64,000 bases of DNA from assembly GCA_000004985.1 (NCBI GenBank), contig GG738879.1, one strand, 5' to 3'. A program made the position numbers and the translations under genes. This DNA is from Naegleria gruberi (lineage: Eukaryota). Below, in pieces: positions 31,148-44,916 of this stretch; the first letter of the stretch is position 1; each line of letters begins with the position of its first letter. The notes beneath the pieces were generated by a model. It was not told the DNA's origin. It saw only the letters and a list, made by a program, of their open reading frames with translations, and searched no databases.

Positions 31148-31651
31148 GTTTACATGTATCGGAACATGACATTAATCGTATCTAATTTAGAATTTATGTA
31201 TTGTTTTCGAGTAGAATATTTGCCTTCGTCATCAGCAAACTATTGTGGTATTGGAAATTGAAGGCTAACAATGAATATTTATCAATTGGTATGTAATAGA
31301 AAATAATTATAATATTGAAAATATATAGGATCTCTTACGTTTGCACCACTTGGAGGAAAGGTTTGTTTTGTGGATTTGGATTTTTGTATTAATTCCGATG
31401 TGTAATAGATTTTATTTAGAGGAGTACAATATACTACCAAGAATGGATCTTTACAAATTATTGATGGATATATAGAAGTTTATTGGTGGTTTATAATTAA
31501 ATCGACTTGGCAAAAAACTAAAAAAGAATCAAGATTTAGATGTTATCTAAATGGTGTGGAATGGCTCATTTATAATAATGTGTCACGTTATGATCAAATT
31601 AATGCCAAAAAACTAAATTATAATTTAAGTGATAGTGAGGATGAGGATAAT

Positions 31652-34600
31652 ATGCAAAATGATGATAGAATTCATGATACCGAAGATGAAGGAAATAGAG
31701 ATATTATGGAGGAAGATAACATTCAAAGGTTTTTCAAATGGGCTAAGAATGTTGGTGTGGATGTTAGAAGAGGTTGTATAGCTATTGGAAATAGTGAATT
31801 GCCAATATCTTTGAGAATTGCTTTCAGAAGAGCATTGGCTACTGTTGGATTGGAAAAACCAAACTCTACATTGGACAAATACAAACTTAAAGCAGATATT
31901 AATTTTGAATATTTCAAAATTATGTTTATCGAGAATAATAACGTTCCACAGTACAATACTCCTCATTTCGAATTATCAAGAAAGAAAACTGAAGAAGAGT
32001 GAGTATTGAAATTAATTGTAATGTTTTTAACATAATTTAGTATCATTAAGGAGGTACAAAGACAATTTAAAGTTATCTTCAAAAATTCCAATTTTGATTT
32101 TATGAATGAGTTAAAAACAATGACAACTGAGAAGATTGATAAGGAACCTGAATATGTTTTTAATATGAAGGAAGCATCAGATAAAAAGTCAACAATAGTA
32201 GATCAAAAGAAAGTTTGCCTCTGTACAAAATTAAGAGTATGCTATTACTATGAAGAAGGAGGAGTCACTCCAGAGGATGAGAGTAGATCTCCCAATTTAA
32301 TGAGAAGTAACGATGATAACGTGCGAAGCAATTCTGAGCCATCACCAGTACATGGTGTCGAGTTGCATTTTGATAGATTTGTAGATGGTGCAGTTGTATA
32401 TGGACCTTGGGGAGACCACCAGAGAGCATTGCTTCAAGCTTTCTTCTTCCCTCCTCTCTATGAGAATGCAAAGTACTATAGAAAAACAGCAGGACGACAA
32501 AGAAAATCTGAAAAATTTGATGTTGAGTTCTATTTTAATGAAAAGACAACTTGGGTATTCCCTTTTATTGCAACACCAAAAACTTTAAGAGAAAAAAAAG
32601 AAAATAAGGGCGACGAACAAATTTTGACAATGATTTTTGACAAGAATTCCTTCCTTCACTGGAGTGGTGATATGTATGCTTCTTTAGCAACTAATGAAAC
32701 AATTACCAATATTGATTTCAATTTCCCAGGAATGAGTCTAATTACAAGCAATACGCAAGCCACCTTTGGTGAATCAGAGATAGGAAAAGGCCACTTCATT
32801 ATGAGAAACTCTGCTGAATGGAATGGCAGAAAGGACTGGACTTTCAATTTTGAAGCAAACAAGTCTACAGTTTATTACACGGCAGGTAAGTTATCAATAT
32901 ATTTTCTAATTCTAAAATCATTTATAGAACACATTGGATTCATTATGGATTTAATTAGGGATTGGAGAAATTATCCAAACCAAAAACAAGCAACTTTACT
33001 CGATTTTATTCCCTCTGTATATACATATAATTTTAAACTTTATAACTCAATGCTTAAGATGCATACTAACGACTTGAACATAGTGGAGTTTCCTAATGAC
33101 AGCTCCAAGAATCACTTTTTCTGTATTGATTACCCTCTAATGAGTATCAGTTTTACTGCTCCTGGAGAAGTTTTTTCCCCACCTTCTGTAGAATATTCAT
33201 TCAGTGTAGAGGTTAAGGGTGATGCACAAGTTGACCCTGGAGTACATATGGAATACCCAAAAGATCATCCTGTTCACGAAATGCAAATGGAACCAGGAAA
33301 AAAGTTTTTATGGGGCGAAAGAGCTCATGTACATGGAACCTATACAGTCCATGACAAAATCAATGTCGAAAATGTGGATTCCTGCATAATTAATGTTGAT
33401 TTATTCAATGTAAATTTAATGGTGAACGGATATCACCTCAATTATTTAATTACTATGTGGTTTGACCATTTCACTGCTGAAAGATTTTGGATGTCAGAAT
33501 CTGAATACATTGCAAATGGATATAAGAATGACAAGTCAAAGCAAATATCCAATTTACAATCCACTGATTTGTCGTCCATTCCTTATCCATCTAACCCAAC
33601 CGAATACTTTGTTACCATTAATATCAAACGAGGTATAGTACATTTGCCTCACTCTCTTTATTCGAGAGAAGAATGTACACAACTTATGGGTGAAGAATTT
33701 ACTATGGATATTAGATACGTACCTTCCAGTATTGATTTGTGTTTCAATCTTGGTCAACTTATGGCTGAAATACCAATTAACCCAGATGAAAAAGTAAGGC
33801 CTTCAAAGAAGTTTATTGGTTGTGAAGGAATCAAATTTTTAGCACAATTACCAATTGGACCAAATCCTGATGGGTTACTTTGGAGAAGAAAAATTCACTT
33901 TGATATTGGAGCAATAACTGGTGAAATCACTCCAAGTCAAATTGGTAATATTGTAAATATTGGTCTCAATTTTGTCTATCAGTGGAAATTGGCCTACTTC
34001 CCTAAACCTGACATTACTTTTAAAAAAAGTGATTATTCCAGAAGACAATATTCTTCTGAAGAGTTTGATGAATACTTGATTTGGGATGTTAGAGTAACCT
34101 TTGTTTCTATTTCTGCTGTCATTTCAATGACCAACGGTATGGTCAATATCGATTTAGACAAGGGAATTGATATTAATTTTGATTCACTCAATAATGGATC
34201 ATCCAATTCTAGGCTCAATGTATTGGTACCCTCCATACATGCCAGAATAATGAATGCAAGAGAAACAGGAATGAAAGTAGATGGTGATTGGGTTCAAATT
34301 GGAGAACTATTGTCTGGTCTTAAAGTTGGTATGGAAAAGAAAACTCACGACCTTAAAGAGCACTATTTCAGACAACAAAGGTTCATTCAAAATATGAACG
34401 GAGATTCGTTTGGATTGAATTTTAGTGCTGATAAACAAATGGAAACATCTCTTAACAAACGAGAGATGGAGACAAGTGCTTCAACAAGCAAGAAAAGGTC
34501 CAAAAAAAAGAATCCTTCAAAGAGATCTGTTGCTAAGACTACAACTGAAATTAGTGAAACAGATATTAGCGAAACAGACACAGATGCTGAATTTTTCGAT

Positions 34601-37600
34601 ATAGATGATGACGAATTGGAGCTGGAAGAGGAAGAAGAGAAGGTTCAAAAGGTCAGAAAAGTGTTTAATGGTCTAACTTTTCATGATACCGAACTGGGTA
34701 AAACAATTAGTGTAGACTATATTGATAGTATAATTTCAGAAGATGGAAGCCAATTTATAGAAAAGGATGTATTGGACGATAGAGCACAATGGAATCTTAT
34801 TTCGAAATCATCACCAAGTTTATCTACATATTCCAGTTATTTGAAAAATTATTACTATGAACAAGAAAGAGAAAGTCTTATGCCTTTAACATATAATGCT
34901 AAGCAATTTCTTACAGATAGATATCCTCACCATAGAATGGGAATGTACTCTCCTTTCCCTGAATATCACTTAAGAAGAAATAAGAATACTGAAGATTCAA
35001 ATGAGTTACTACCAATAGTATCAAAATTCAGCAAACTTGACATGAAAGATTTTAGAGGACAATTCTATTCATTTTCTTCTGGAAAGGACCGTGAGAATAT
35101 TGAGAGAATTTTGCAAATCGAAAGTAACTTTACCTCCCAAGAAAAAATTGATCAACAACATATCAACATTGAATTTTTAAAGAATATTGATATTAGCTTT
35201 TCACCAAATGTAATCTCTCTAGTACACCAATTAATCAAATATATAATACTTCCAGATTCAAACCTTCATGCTACAGCTGATCATATCGAAAAGTCAAAGA
35301 AAGTATTCCATCAGGATGTCCCAGAGGAATTATTAGAAGAGAAGAAAACTATTCCAAAATGGGATTTAAAGAAAATTATCTTTTCTGGTGGTGTTAAATG
35401 TGTTAATGTTAACGTTTTACAATCACTCTCTGTACCTAATATTATACCTGAGTCACCTTTACAAGGAACAGTTTCTGCATATTCTATCAAACTTTTTGCT
35501 ACTGATTTTGTAGCTTCTGGATCTGTAACTTTGAGAAAAGTGGAAGAGGAAAAGAAAGTAAGCTCTGAACTATTTTCTATTGAAGGTTTTGGAAAATGTC
35601 TAGAGGTTGGAGGTATTTCTCAGTGCTTAGATAGTAAAACATACCATTACAAAGGTATTGATCCTTCTGAGTTACCACTTTACTTCTTACAAAGGGTAAA
35701 TCTAATACCAGACGCACCAATAGTTGCAGCAATTCTTGTAGAGGACGTTCATTTCCAAGGTAAAAATAATATCAAGGAGGAAAACTCTCAGGGAAGATTT
35801 ACCTGTACAGTAGGAAAGCAAGGTTCTCTAGGATCAGGTGTTTCTGTACTCTTTACTCATGATATAATTGTAATTTCATATTCACTTGTAGAAGTGTGGA
35901 GAAAAGTTATCACAGATATGGTATTGAATGTTAGAAACTATTTGAGGTTACGACACGTCTATGATTTGCTACTACTTAGTCAAGTTTCAAAGAAAGCTGT
36001 ATCCAATACATCAGAAAACCTCTATGGAGTCTTGGAAAAAAAGCAAGCTTTGAAACATTTAAGAGCTTCTCTCTACTCTTTAACTTTTGCTGACTGTAGA
36101 AGTATTCAAAAGTTTATGCATTCTCATATAGGAATGGAAGTTGATTCAAAGGTAGAAATGAGAGCAATAAGAAATGAATACTCTGAATTGATAGAAGACG
36201 AAGACCATGCCCCTCAAATTCATACAAGCAAAACCTCTGTGAGATTGAGAACTGATATCTCTTTCCACTTGGAACGACTTGACCTTTCAGTTCATTCTGT
36301 TGATTTTAAAACAAAAGTTTACACAAAGAGTATTGCAAAGTTTAATGATATTTTAATGAGAGGAAAAGTAGAACATAGTTTGAATCCACTTTTCGAAACT
36401 GAGTACAAGAAATTTGAATCAGAAAATGCACAAAAGATAAGAGATATTTCTCTTATTTTATCAGTGAATTGTAGAGCCTTTAGTATTGATATTCACTCTC
36501 AAACTCTCATCCTTTTAACTTCAGCGCTTGGAGTATTCTTAATTGTTAAAAACAAACCTTTCATTAAAAAGTTGAGAGAAAAAGAAAAAAAGAACAAAAA
36601 CAAAAATCCTCAACAAAACCACGGAGAAATTAAGGAGATAACACACGATGTTTCTGCATCAACCCATGAACCAGAGGGTGAAAAAGAAATACCAGTGTAC
36701 CAAGAAAAAGTAGTCCTAAAACTGAATGTATTTACAAATGTTAATGTACAAAAAGCAACCGCTAGAGCATGGATGGACAAGAATAGTTTTGCAGAACTCA
36801 GTATTGATAAGTTTTCTCTACTCTTCAATCAACCTAAAAGCTCAGAAGAGCACATGCTAGCCATCAATAATGAGGAAAACAAGTCAGAGAAGAAGAGTAA
36901 TCTTAAAATGGTACATAGTAGTAATATTTCCATTAACAAAATTCTATTCCAGTTCAATTATACAACTCCTGAAAAAACAAACGAGAGAACAAAAGAGTTT
37001 ATTTCTCTCTTTGATGTTACTGTGAATGATATTAGACTTAATGAATTTTTATTCAAAGAAAAGGACTTGAATGTGCATGCCTATTTTGCATTTGATAAGC
37101 TTTTAATTAATCTTCCATTTGCTGATGTTTGGTCTGCATCTTCAGTACAATTTAGGCTGTTTGTGAAAACATGGTATGAAGCTATCAAAAGAAAGCCTAA
37201 TTTACCAAGCTTTGACATTTCAAAAGATTCTTCTCAACCAAAACAAGACCAAGAGCAACCCAAATCACCTATTAATTTCAATATTCCTGCAATTAATATT
37301 GTTCTTGATTTGAATGATATTTCTGCATACTTCAAGTTGGTAGATTCTTTCCAAATGAGATATAGTCTCACGAAACTAACAGCTCACTTCAAGCAAAATT
37401 CAAAACTTGACAATAACTTTATGGTACACTTGTTCCCGCATTCGTTTACTTTGAAATCAAAGAATGATGAAGAATTTCCAAACTCCAACAAGTGGGAAGG
37501 TCCAAGAAGCACAACACTTGGTTCGAATGAATTCAGAAAGATTTTCATTCTTCCTGAAGTTATTGTTTCTGGAAGTTTAGAAAATAAGGACAATAATGGT

Positions 37601-40600
37601 ACTACACAGAGAATACTTTCCACTTTAATAGCTATTGATTACTTTGAAAATGTGGTTACAAGTGATTTGTTAAATCATGTTATTGTCATTCAATCCGCTG
37701 TTACAAAAGAGATTAACAAGATCATTGAAAGCTTGAATAAGGGTGTTGAAGATTTAGAAAAAATCAAAAACGAATTACCAAAAGCTAAAAAGAATGTCAG
37801 ATCTCTCAATCTTTTCTTTGATGTAAAGCTTTTGTTTGAAGGAATTAGAATCACAGCTCTTGGACCATCTACAGCTCTGGTTGTTGACTCTGGATCAGTT
37901 AATGTTACAGCTTCCAACATTGAACATGTACGAGTCAAGATGTCACTCAAAGGTCTAAATATTAATATGGTAGACACCCACAACATCAAATGGGCAAGTA
38001 CAAGAAAGTACAACAATAGATATTCTGAAACAAGTGAGTGTTACCAGTGGGCCCAATTCCAATCAAACCTTCAAGTTCAAAACTTCCTGGATACTAAATT
38101 ATCTACAACAGACAAACAATCCACCAAGAATTTCACTCTCGATATTTCAAATACCCATCTATACCTTAGACCTGGATGTATAGAGCAAGCACTATTTTTA
38201 TTTAAAGATTACAAGCAATCAGTCCAAACTGTGTTTGAAAAGTTAAAAGAGGCTAGACAAAAGAATAGATCTGAAGCTTTAACTTCCCTCATCAAGACTG
38301 GAGAAGAATATTATTCATTATATTCTCATCAAATCAAAGAAAAAGTTGCTTCAGATGCTAGTACATTTATTAATTCAGGAGTGGTAAGAATTATGAATAC
38401 CACCCTATCTATGCCATTCGGAGATAATCCATACTTTGGATTCCTCACAAATGAGGGTCCTAATTTCAAACCTACATGCTGTTTACAAGTAATTATTCCA
38501 GCAGTTGGTCTCTCAACAATGTCAGAATCAGAAGATGATGTTAGTGCTACACTAGATACATTGATTTCAACAGGAAAAGACAGTGTTTCCAGTCAAAGAG
38601 TTGCCACTTGTAAGGTGAAGTCTATCAATATTTATCTCGATGAAAAACCCCTAAAGAAATCTAAATATTCCTTTAGTATGCCAACACTTCATGACTTTGA
38701 TCAAGCAAAAACAAAAGGAAAGATTGAGAAAATAATGATGAGCTTGAAGCTAAGAGTCACAACCAACGAAATCAATGGTTCTGGTGTTATTCATGTACCT
38801 GGTCCTGATTTGAATATTTCACCAGTTATAGTTAGAAGAGCTCTTGAACTTGGATATGATTGGTTTAATCCAAAACGAAAAATTTTCAATTCATATGTTG
38901 AATCTCCTAAGACCCAACCACAAAAACAAGACCAAGGTGTAATTACGCCAACGAAAGTAAGAGAACTCACAAAAAGAAAAATTTATTTCCTCATTACTGC
39001 CAACATTCAACCTGGTGTATTTAATTTAGTTCACAATATGACACCAAATACACTCGTTAGACGTAAAATTACAGACGAAACAGCTGTTGCAGTAGAAGGA
39101 AAATTGCCATCAGTTACAGTTACAGCCTTACACAAAAATCCAGGTACGAACACAAACCGATCTACAACACATATTCAAACAGGCATTCATTGGGATGGTG
39201 TTAAACTTCTTCCAAAATCATTATTCTTTGTATTGGAGGCAGTTCATGAGTTTAAACTTTGGTCAAAGGAAGAGCAAAAAAGAAGACAAAATTCTGCAAC
39301 CTACAAGTCAAAAGATCAAAATACTACCGAAATTGAGGATACCAAGGAGGTATTCAAACCTGTTGCATGGATGAGAATGCTTAAATCCGTTCTCCTTGTA
39401 CAAAGAATTTACAGAGGGTTTAGAGCAAGACAACTCGTTAAAAAACTCAGATCCGACAAGAACTTGAGAAGTACTTATCTTAAAAAAACAACAAAGAAGG
39501 AAATCAAAAAGAAAGAAAATGCTTCTCTCCAATCTGATTCCTTCAGTTTGCAATGTAGAATCAATCCTTTTAGAGTTGAACTTTCTTGCTTCCCTCTTGC
39601 AGAAACGGTTACTTGCTTTGAATTCACATCTCCATTCGATATTATTTTGAGTAGAACATTGAGAACTGTACAAACGGGTAATACCAAGGGTACTGCCATT
39701 TACCTTAACGTTTGCCTTTCTTGCCCTATTGCCTTGATAAGATGCTACCATCCTCTATCTCCTACACCATTTGTTATTTTGACAGTAGCAGGAATTATTG
39801 GAAACTTGGGCAGTGGATTTGGAAATTATCTTAGATCTGATGACACTCCGGTATATTCAGGAACTCTTCACGTAAAAAAGGTTTCAGTAGAGGTTAGTCT
39901 ACCACAAATGAACCACTTCTTTATTATGTACACAATTTGGATGGATAAATATGAAGAAGCCAGGAAGTCTCTCAAGATTGTAAGAGGAGATATCAAAACA
40001 ACACCTAAAACTCAATTAGTTGTTCTGACGAACGAAGAGAAAGAAGAGAAAGATCAAAAGAGAAAGAAAATTATTATGGAAGAAATATCCCTTGAATCTA
40101 CCTCATCTAAATTTGGTCAATTATTAATCTCCTCATTCGAAATTGTTAGTGATATGGGTCCAACTCTTGGTAAGCAGAAATTGTATGCTGAAGAAATTTC
40201 CTTGTTCTGCAAAGATAAGGGACGTATAGTTAATGAAATTGAAAGAGAACCATTACATATTGGTGGATACTTAGGAAAATTTGAGGGAACATTTGTTGGA
40301 AGACTTCAAGGTAATATATCGATGAATGGTATTGTAGTTGGGCTAAATAGAACATTCAAGAAAGGAGGTTCATCTCCTACGTATAAGGGATCTAGTGAAG
40401 TGTTTATTACAGCTTTACCAACTCTAATAGATTTGGAGCTCAACTCTGCCAAGATACTCAACATCTCACTCAACACATTATCCATTACATTCTGCGATAT
40501 ATTTGACTCTACAGATGGTAGACAATACCATGTGGAAACATCTGTAAACTCATCTGGAGCAACAGTTCGTCTTTCTAAAATATCTGCATCTGCTTTCATA

Positions 40601-41545
40601 TACGTATTCTATAAGATCAAAGAGTTAGCCACTGAAAGAAAGAAAGCTGCATTAGATACTCTCCAAGGATCTGTTAATTTTTATAATACAGAGGATGCCT
40701 CTGAAAAAGAAACAGAAGAAGAAAAATCATTCGAAATCAAATCTCTAAAAATTCAATCTCCAACGAAACAATTTTTATCACTCATTCCAATTGGTGATAT
40801 AGTTTTTAAGGGTGTAAATCTCAAAGTTTACCTTTATGAAAAGTTTACAGTTGAAAAAGATCAATTCGTTCCAGCAGGAGATTGGTTAGAGTTTGGAATG
40901 GATGACTACCAACTAAAGTTCAAACGTAAAGGACTTATGGAGGATAAATCTGTAGAAAGGTCACTGACATTGTTTTTAGCCAAAGTAGCTCTGGATAGAA
41001 TGACTACTCCAAACAAGCGATCATTTATTTTGGAGGTCCCTGGAGCTCACTTAACAATGAACTCATTACAAACAAGATCTATTCCAGATGTAATTAATTA
41101 TACATTCAAAACCAAGTTCCCTAAGGCCATTACAGTCACCACCAATTTGAATGAATATACATTCTTACAAGGTTTGATGAAGCTCTACAAATCAGAAGTT
41201 ACAAACGAATTGGAGGAACATAAGAAATCTGTACAACAACAATCATCATCTGTAATTTCCCTCACTTCTCAAAAACAAACAACAACAGATACTCAAATAT
41301 CCATATTTGGAATTCCAAAGAGAAAATTCGAAGGTACAATTCAACTAAATCCTAAGCTAAATGTTTTAGGAGATTTAACTCCTCAAGTTCAAACAGTTTT
41401 GTCATGGCTTGGAATTTCTGAAAGTATTATACCAAGAGCAGCTCATGAAGGAGTATCTGACTCTCTTGAGTCAATATTTATCATTTGTTATAGAGCTTCT
41501 GAATTGATGGATAATTTATTTGTTGAATCAACTTATGAAAAATAA
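31652..41545 (+). CDS. Giant protein (about 3283 aa) of unknown function with an IQ calmodulin-binding motif, two exons: join(31652..31998,32041..41545)
   Basis: ORF 31556..32002 ends at GA|GTGAGT. A 42-nt intron (GTGAGT...AATTAAT...TTTAG) joins it in frame to ORF 32102..41545 with no intervening stop. The first ATG of the upstream exon is at 31652. IQ motif LVQRIYRGFRARQLVKKLR at about residue 2440. Mixed beta-rich repeats, K/E-rich linkers, and no TM helices or nucleotide-binding motifs that I could recognise. Confidence 0.55.
31999..32040 (+). other. Spliceosomal intron (42 nt) joining ORF 31556..32002 to the giant ORF
   Basis: GTGAGT donor, AATTAAT internal motif, TTTAG acceptor. The frame continues open for 60 nt into the track ORF start at 32102. 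Confidence 0.5.
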
Positions 41546-41569
41546 ATAATTTAATTACTCGATATGCAT

Positions 41570-43591
41570 TTAGTCTGAAATTCCTTCATTCCTCTGCCGC
41601 ACTATTTCTTTAGCTTTCTTCACTCTCTTGCTAAGCTTTGCTTTCATCTTTGAAAGAAGCATAAATCTGTCTACAACTTTCATTTCACGACCAACAGTAA
41701 TAGCGCCAGCAATTTCTTGGTCTGTTGAAATTTCAATCTTATCAACTTGAGTAACAAATGGCCATTTACCATTCATTGTTATCCAAGCATGTTCCTTAAT
41801 CTCCTTAATTGTAATTCTTCTATGTGGATCCTTGCAGAATAACCTAGTTAATAAATCTTGCAGATCTGGCTCTATATTTTCAGGTATTTCTGGCTCGTCA
41901 TTAAGAATAGCATTATACATTCCAAGAATACCTGGTCCAAAAAATGGCAGTCTACCATACAGCATAACAAATAATGTAACACCTGCTGCCCAAATATCAG
42001 ATGCATAGCCACTGTACGATCCAACATGACAAGCTTCTGGCGAAAGGAAAGCCGGAGTACCGGGTGCTGTGTTAAAAGTATCATTGTCTCCTTCTAACAT
42101 TGAACTAACACCAAAATCTGTAATCTTTAATCTGTCATCCTTTGTTACTAACACATTTTCAGGCTTAATATCTCTATGTACAATTTTGTTTTCGTGCAAA
42201 TATTCTAATCCGCAAATAAGGTCTCGGTAATATCTTCTACACGTTTCTTCTGTAAAAGCTGGTCTATCGGTTTTATCTTTAGATATAATTTTCATTAAAC
42301 ATCCACTTTCAATATATTCAAAAACAAGGAACAGCTTATCAATCTTTGGATCGTCTATCACTTCATAAAGTTCCACGACATTTGGATGATGAAGTTTCTT
42401 AAGAATTGAAACTTCTTTCATCAATATCATTAAACTTGAATTATCCTTATCCTTAACTGGCCTTCCTAGCTTGTCCTTCTTTTTCAAATCTTTCAAAATG
42501 GACTTGTTAATAATTTTCAAAGCACATAATTCACCAGTATCACTCTTCTTACAAAGCTTAACTTTTCCATGCATACCTCTACCAATCTTTTTAATAACGA
42601 CATACTCATTGACAGTTTTCTTACCATCTTGATCTACACCTGTAGATAAAGTGGTTGTCATGTGAACTTGTCTCTTTGTTCTTGGTGAAGACCCTTCGGT
42701 TTCAGATCCACCAGTTGAAAGTGCACCTGAACTACTGTAACCTTCTTCATCAGAATAAGGTGAGAGCCCATTTGGAATATTCAACTTTGGCTCTTGTAGT
42801 ATAGTAGATGAAGCAGGATTTTCCTTTTCTTCCTTTCCAGTATCTTCTTGTTCTGGTTTATCATCTTCAATTTCAAACTTTTTCAAGCTCCTAGATTTTG
42901 GACTAGCAATATTTACAATTGATTTTCTATCATCTGCATCCTGACCATTATCAGAATCGATGAATTTATCTTTAGATATACTTCTATTCACTGAAGAAGC
43001 ATTAGATCGTTTCCTTCTTAATTTCTTGCCTGAATTCTTCATCGATCTTGTTGAGGTTCTTACAGGTTGTTCAATTTCCTCCGAAGAAGATGAAGAATGA
43101 GAAGCTATTGGATTACCAATAGCAAAATCATCCTTAGTGAATGTGAATGAGCTCGCCTGTTGTATTGTTTTATGAGACCAGAAACGTCTTAATTCCTGTG
43201 GCGATTCCGTTTGAACACCTTTATCTTGTGGAGGTCCTTTTGATATTAATTGTTGTAATAATTGCAATTGCTCAGAATTTATCATTACTAAAATATTTTC
43301 CAATCCAACAACCTCCTGATTTTGTTGAAGGTTAATATATTGTGAGCTTGAATTTGGTAAGTTACTATTTGTTGTGGGAAGTAAAAAAGAAGATGAAGAG
43401 GATTCATGTTGAGTTGATGCACTAATCCCCTTAGTCGGGTGATAACGATGAGAACCTCTCTCTGATGAATCATTATTTAGAAAAGGTTGGTTAAGTTGAA
43501 CGTAATCGTTGTCATCTTTAGCCTCCCCAGGAATAACACGATTAGAATGATGTGGAACACAGCAAGCTTGTCCCATGATACTTTGTTCCAC
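41570..43591 (-). CDS. Ser/Thr protein kinase of the CaMKK family (Ca2+/calmodulin-dependent protein kinase kinase-like)
   Basis: Kinase core with GMHGKVKLCKK...ALKIINK, DDPKIDKLFLVFEYIESGCLM (CaMKK DDPxxDxLYMVFE), IVHRDIKPENVLV, DFGVS and GTPAFLSPEA. Preceded by a Q/S-rich N-terminus and a basic RP-like insert. Confidence 0.8.
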   Translation of the reverse strand: MEQSIMGQACCVPHHSNRVIPGEAKDDNDYVQLNQPFLNNDSSERGSHRYHPTKGISASTQHESSSSSFLLPTTNSNLPNSSSQYINLQQNQEVVGLENILVMINSEQLQLLQQLISKGPPQDKGVQTESPQELRRFWSHKTIQQASSFTFTKDDFAIGNPIASHSSSSSEEIEQPVRTSTRSMKNSGKKLRRKRSNASSVNRSISKDKFIDSDNGQDADDRKSIVNIASPKSRSLKKFEIEDDKPEQEDTGKEEKENPASSTILQEPKLNIPNGLSPYSDEEGYSSSGALSTGGSETEGSSPRTKRQVHMTTTLSTGVDQDGKKTVNEYVVIKKIGRGMHGKVKLCKKSDTGELCALKIINKSILKDLKKKDKLGRPVKDKDNSSLMILMKEVSILKKLHHPNVVELYEVIDDPKIDKLFLVFEYIESGCLMKIISKDKTDRPAFTEETCRRYYRDLICGLEYLHENKIVHRDIKPENVLVTKDDRLKITDFGVSSMLEGDNDTFNTAPGTPAFLSPEACHVGSYSGYASDIWAAGVTLFVMLYGRLPFFGPGILGMYNAILNDEPEIPENIEPDLQDLLTRLFCKDPHRRITIKEIKEHAWITMNGKWPFVTQVDKIEISTDQEIAGAITVGREMKVVDRFMLLSKMKAKLSKRVKKAKEIVRQRNEGISD

Positions 43592-43919
43592 ACAATATAA
43601 ACTTTGTTTTTTTTCTTTTGATATTGATATACAGTTATCAGTAAGGGCCGAGCGAAAATGTGGTTCTTTCAGTTGGTGGCAGTTTGGTAATCCTTATTCT
43701 CCAACTTGCCTATTTTTGTTGAAATATGTGAGTAGTGTGTTTGTTGTTGAAAACTTGGAAGCGAACTGAATTGTAATAAGTAACATGAACATTATATTTA
43801 CAATGTCTCGATAACCATTAAGGTTTCAAGTAGGTTTTATAATCAATGTACAATATTGGATCAATAATTTGATTCCATAAAAAAGAATACAATAGATATT
43901 TGAATTAGATGTTGTAAAA

Positions 43920-44621
43920 TTACTCAACTTCTTCCAAATAATCTTTAACTTCAGCTGGTGTCAAAACACGGAAAAGCTTATCCTTTCCAACAATACCAAT
44001 TTCAATATTCTTACTGTTGATTTGTCCATCAAAACCTTCTTTCAAGGTTAAAATAGCTGTGTGAATAGCATCTTCCAATTCAATATCAGAGGAATAACGC
44101 TTTTCCAAAAATGTATTAGCATTGACCATGTTCTTTCCAATTGCTGAAGCTTTCCAAGCCCAATATGATCCACTAGGATCAACTTGATACAAATGTGGAC
44201 CAGTATCATCAAAACCAGCAATTAATAAACTCACTCCAAATGGTCTGACACCACCACTTTGTGTGTATTCTTGCATCACTGAGGCAAGATGTTTGACTAA
44301 TTGAGAGACTGGAATACGTTCCTTATAAATTCTATAGTATTCTTCGGCGTGTTTTCTTCCTTGTTTTGCCAGAACACGTGAATCTGGACCCATTCCACTG
44401 TAAACCATTCCAATATGATCAGTGAGTGGAGTAACCTTTTGAAGAGAATTATGATCAACAAGTGGAGAAGGAAGCTTCTTTTCAGTTGCAACTACAACAC
44501 CATTTGTTGCTTTTATAGCCAAAGATGTACTACCAGCCTGTACTGCATTAAGAGCATATTCGATTTGTACAAGTTTTCCGGAAGGTGAAAATGTAGTTAA
44601 TGAAAATGATGTATCAGACAT
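43920..44621 (-). CDS. PSMA2: 20S proteasome subunit alpha type-2 (PSMA2)
   Basis: [20 protein letters not shown]...[14 protein letters not shown]...[26 protein letters not shown]...[18 protein letters not shown] is near-identical in pattern to human PSMA2. Confidence 0.9.
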   Translation of the reverse strand: MSDTSFSLTTFSPSGKLVQIEYALNAVQAGSTSLAIKATNGVVVATEKKLPSPLVDHNSLQKVTPLTDHIGMVYSGMGPDSRVLAKQGRKHAEEYYRIYKERIPVSQLVKHLASVMQEYTQSGGVRPFGVSLLIAGFDDTGPHLYQVDPSGSYWAWKASAIGKNMVNANTFLEKRYSSDIELEDAIHTAILTLKEGFDGQINSKNIEIGIVGKDKLFRVLTPAEVKDYLEEVE

Positions 44622-44916
44622 TTTTTATGATTGATTAAACTAAAATATTTTATTGTATGAATTAAAAATAGCACATTTTTGCGGTCAAGTAAAAAAGACT
44701 TGGTACAGCTGGATACAAATGTTTGATACTATGTGCTAATTCTGAAATAAAATTAGCATGTGTTGTTTTTTTGTTTTAATGTTAATTGGTTCATCATCAC
44801 TAGCAGGATGAGTAAGCTGTAGATTTACAATGCATCTTTTCCGGAAGGTGAAAATGTATTTAATGAAAATGGATGTTCTCAAGACGTTTCTGTACCAACC
44901 TCATCAACAATAAAAA

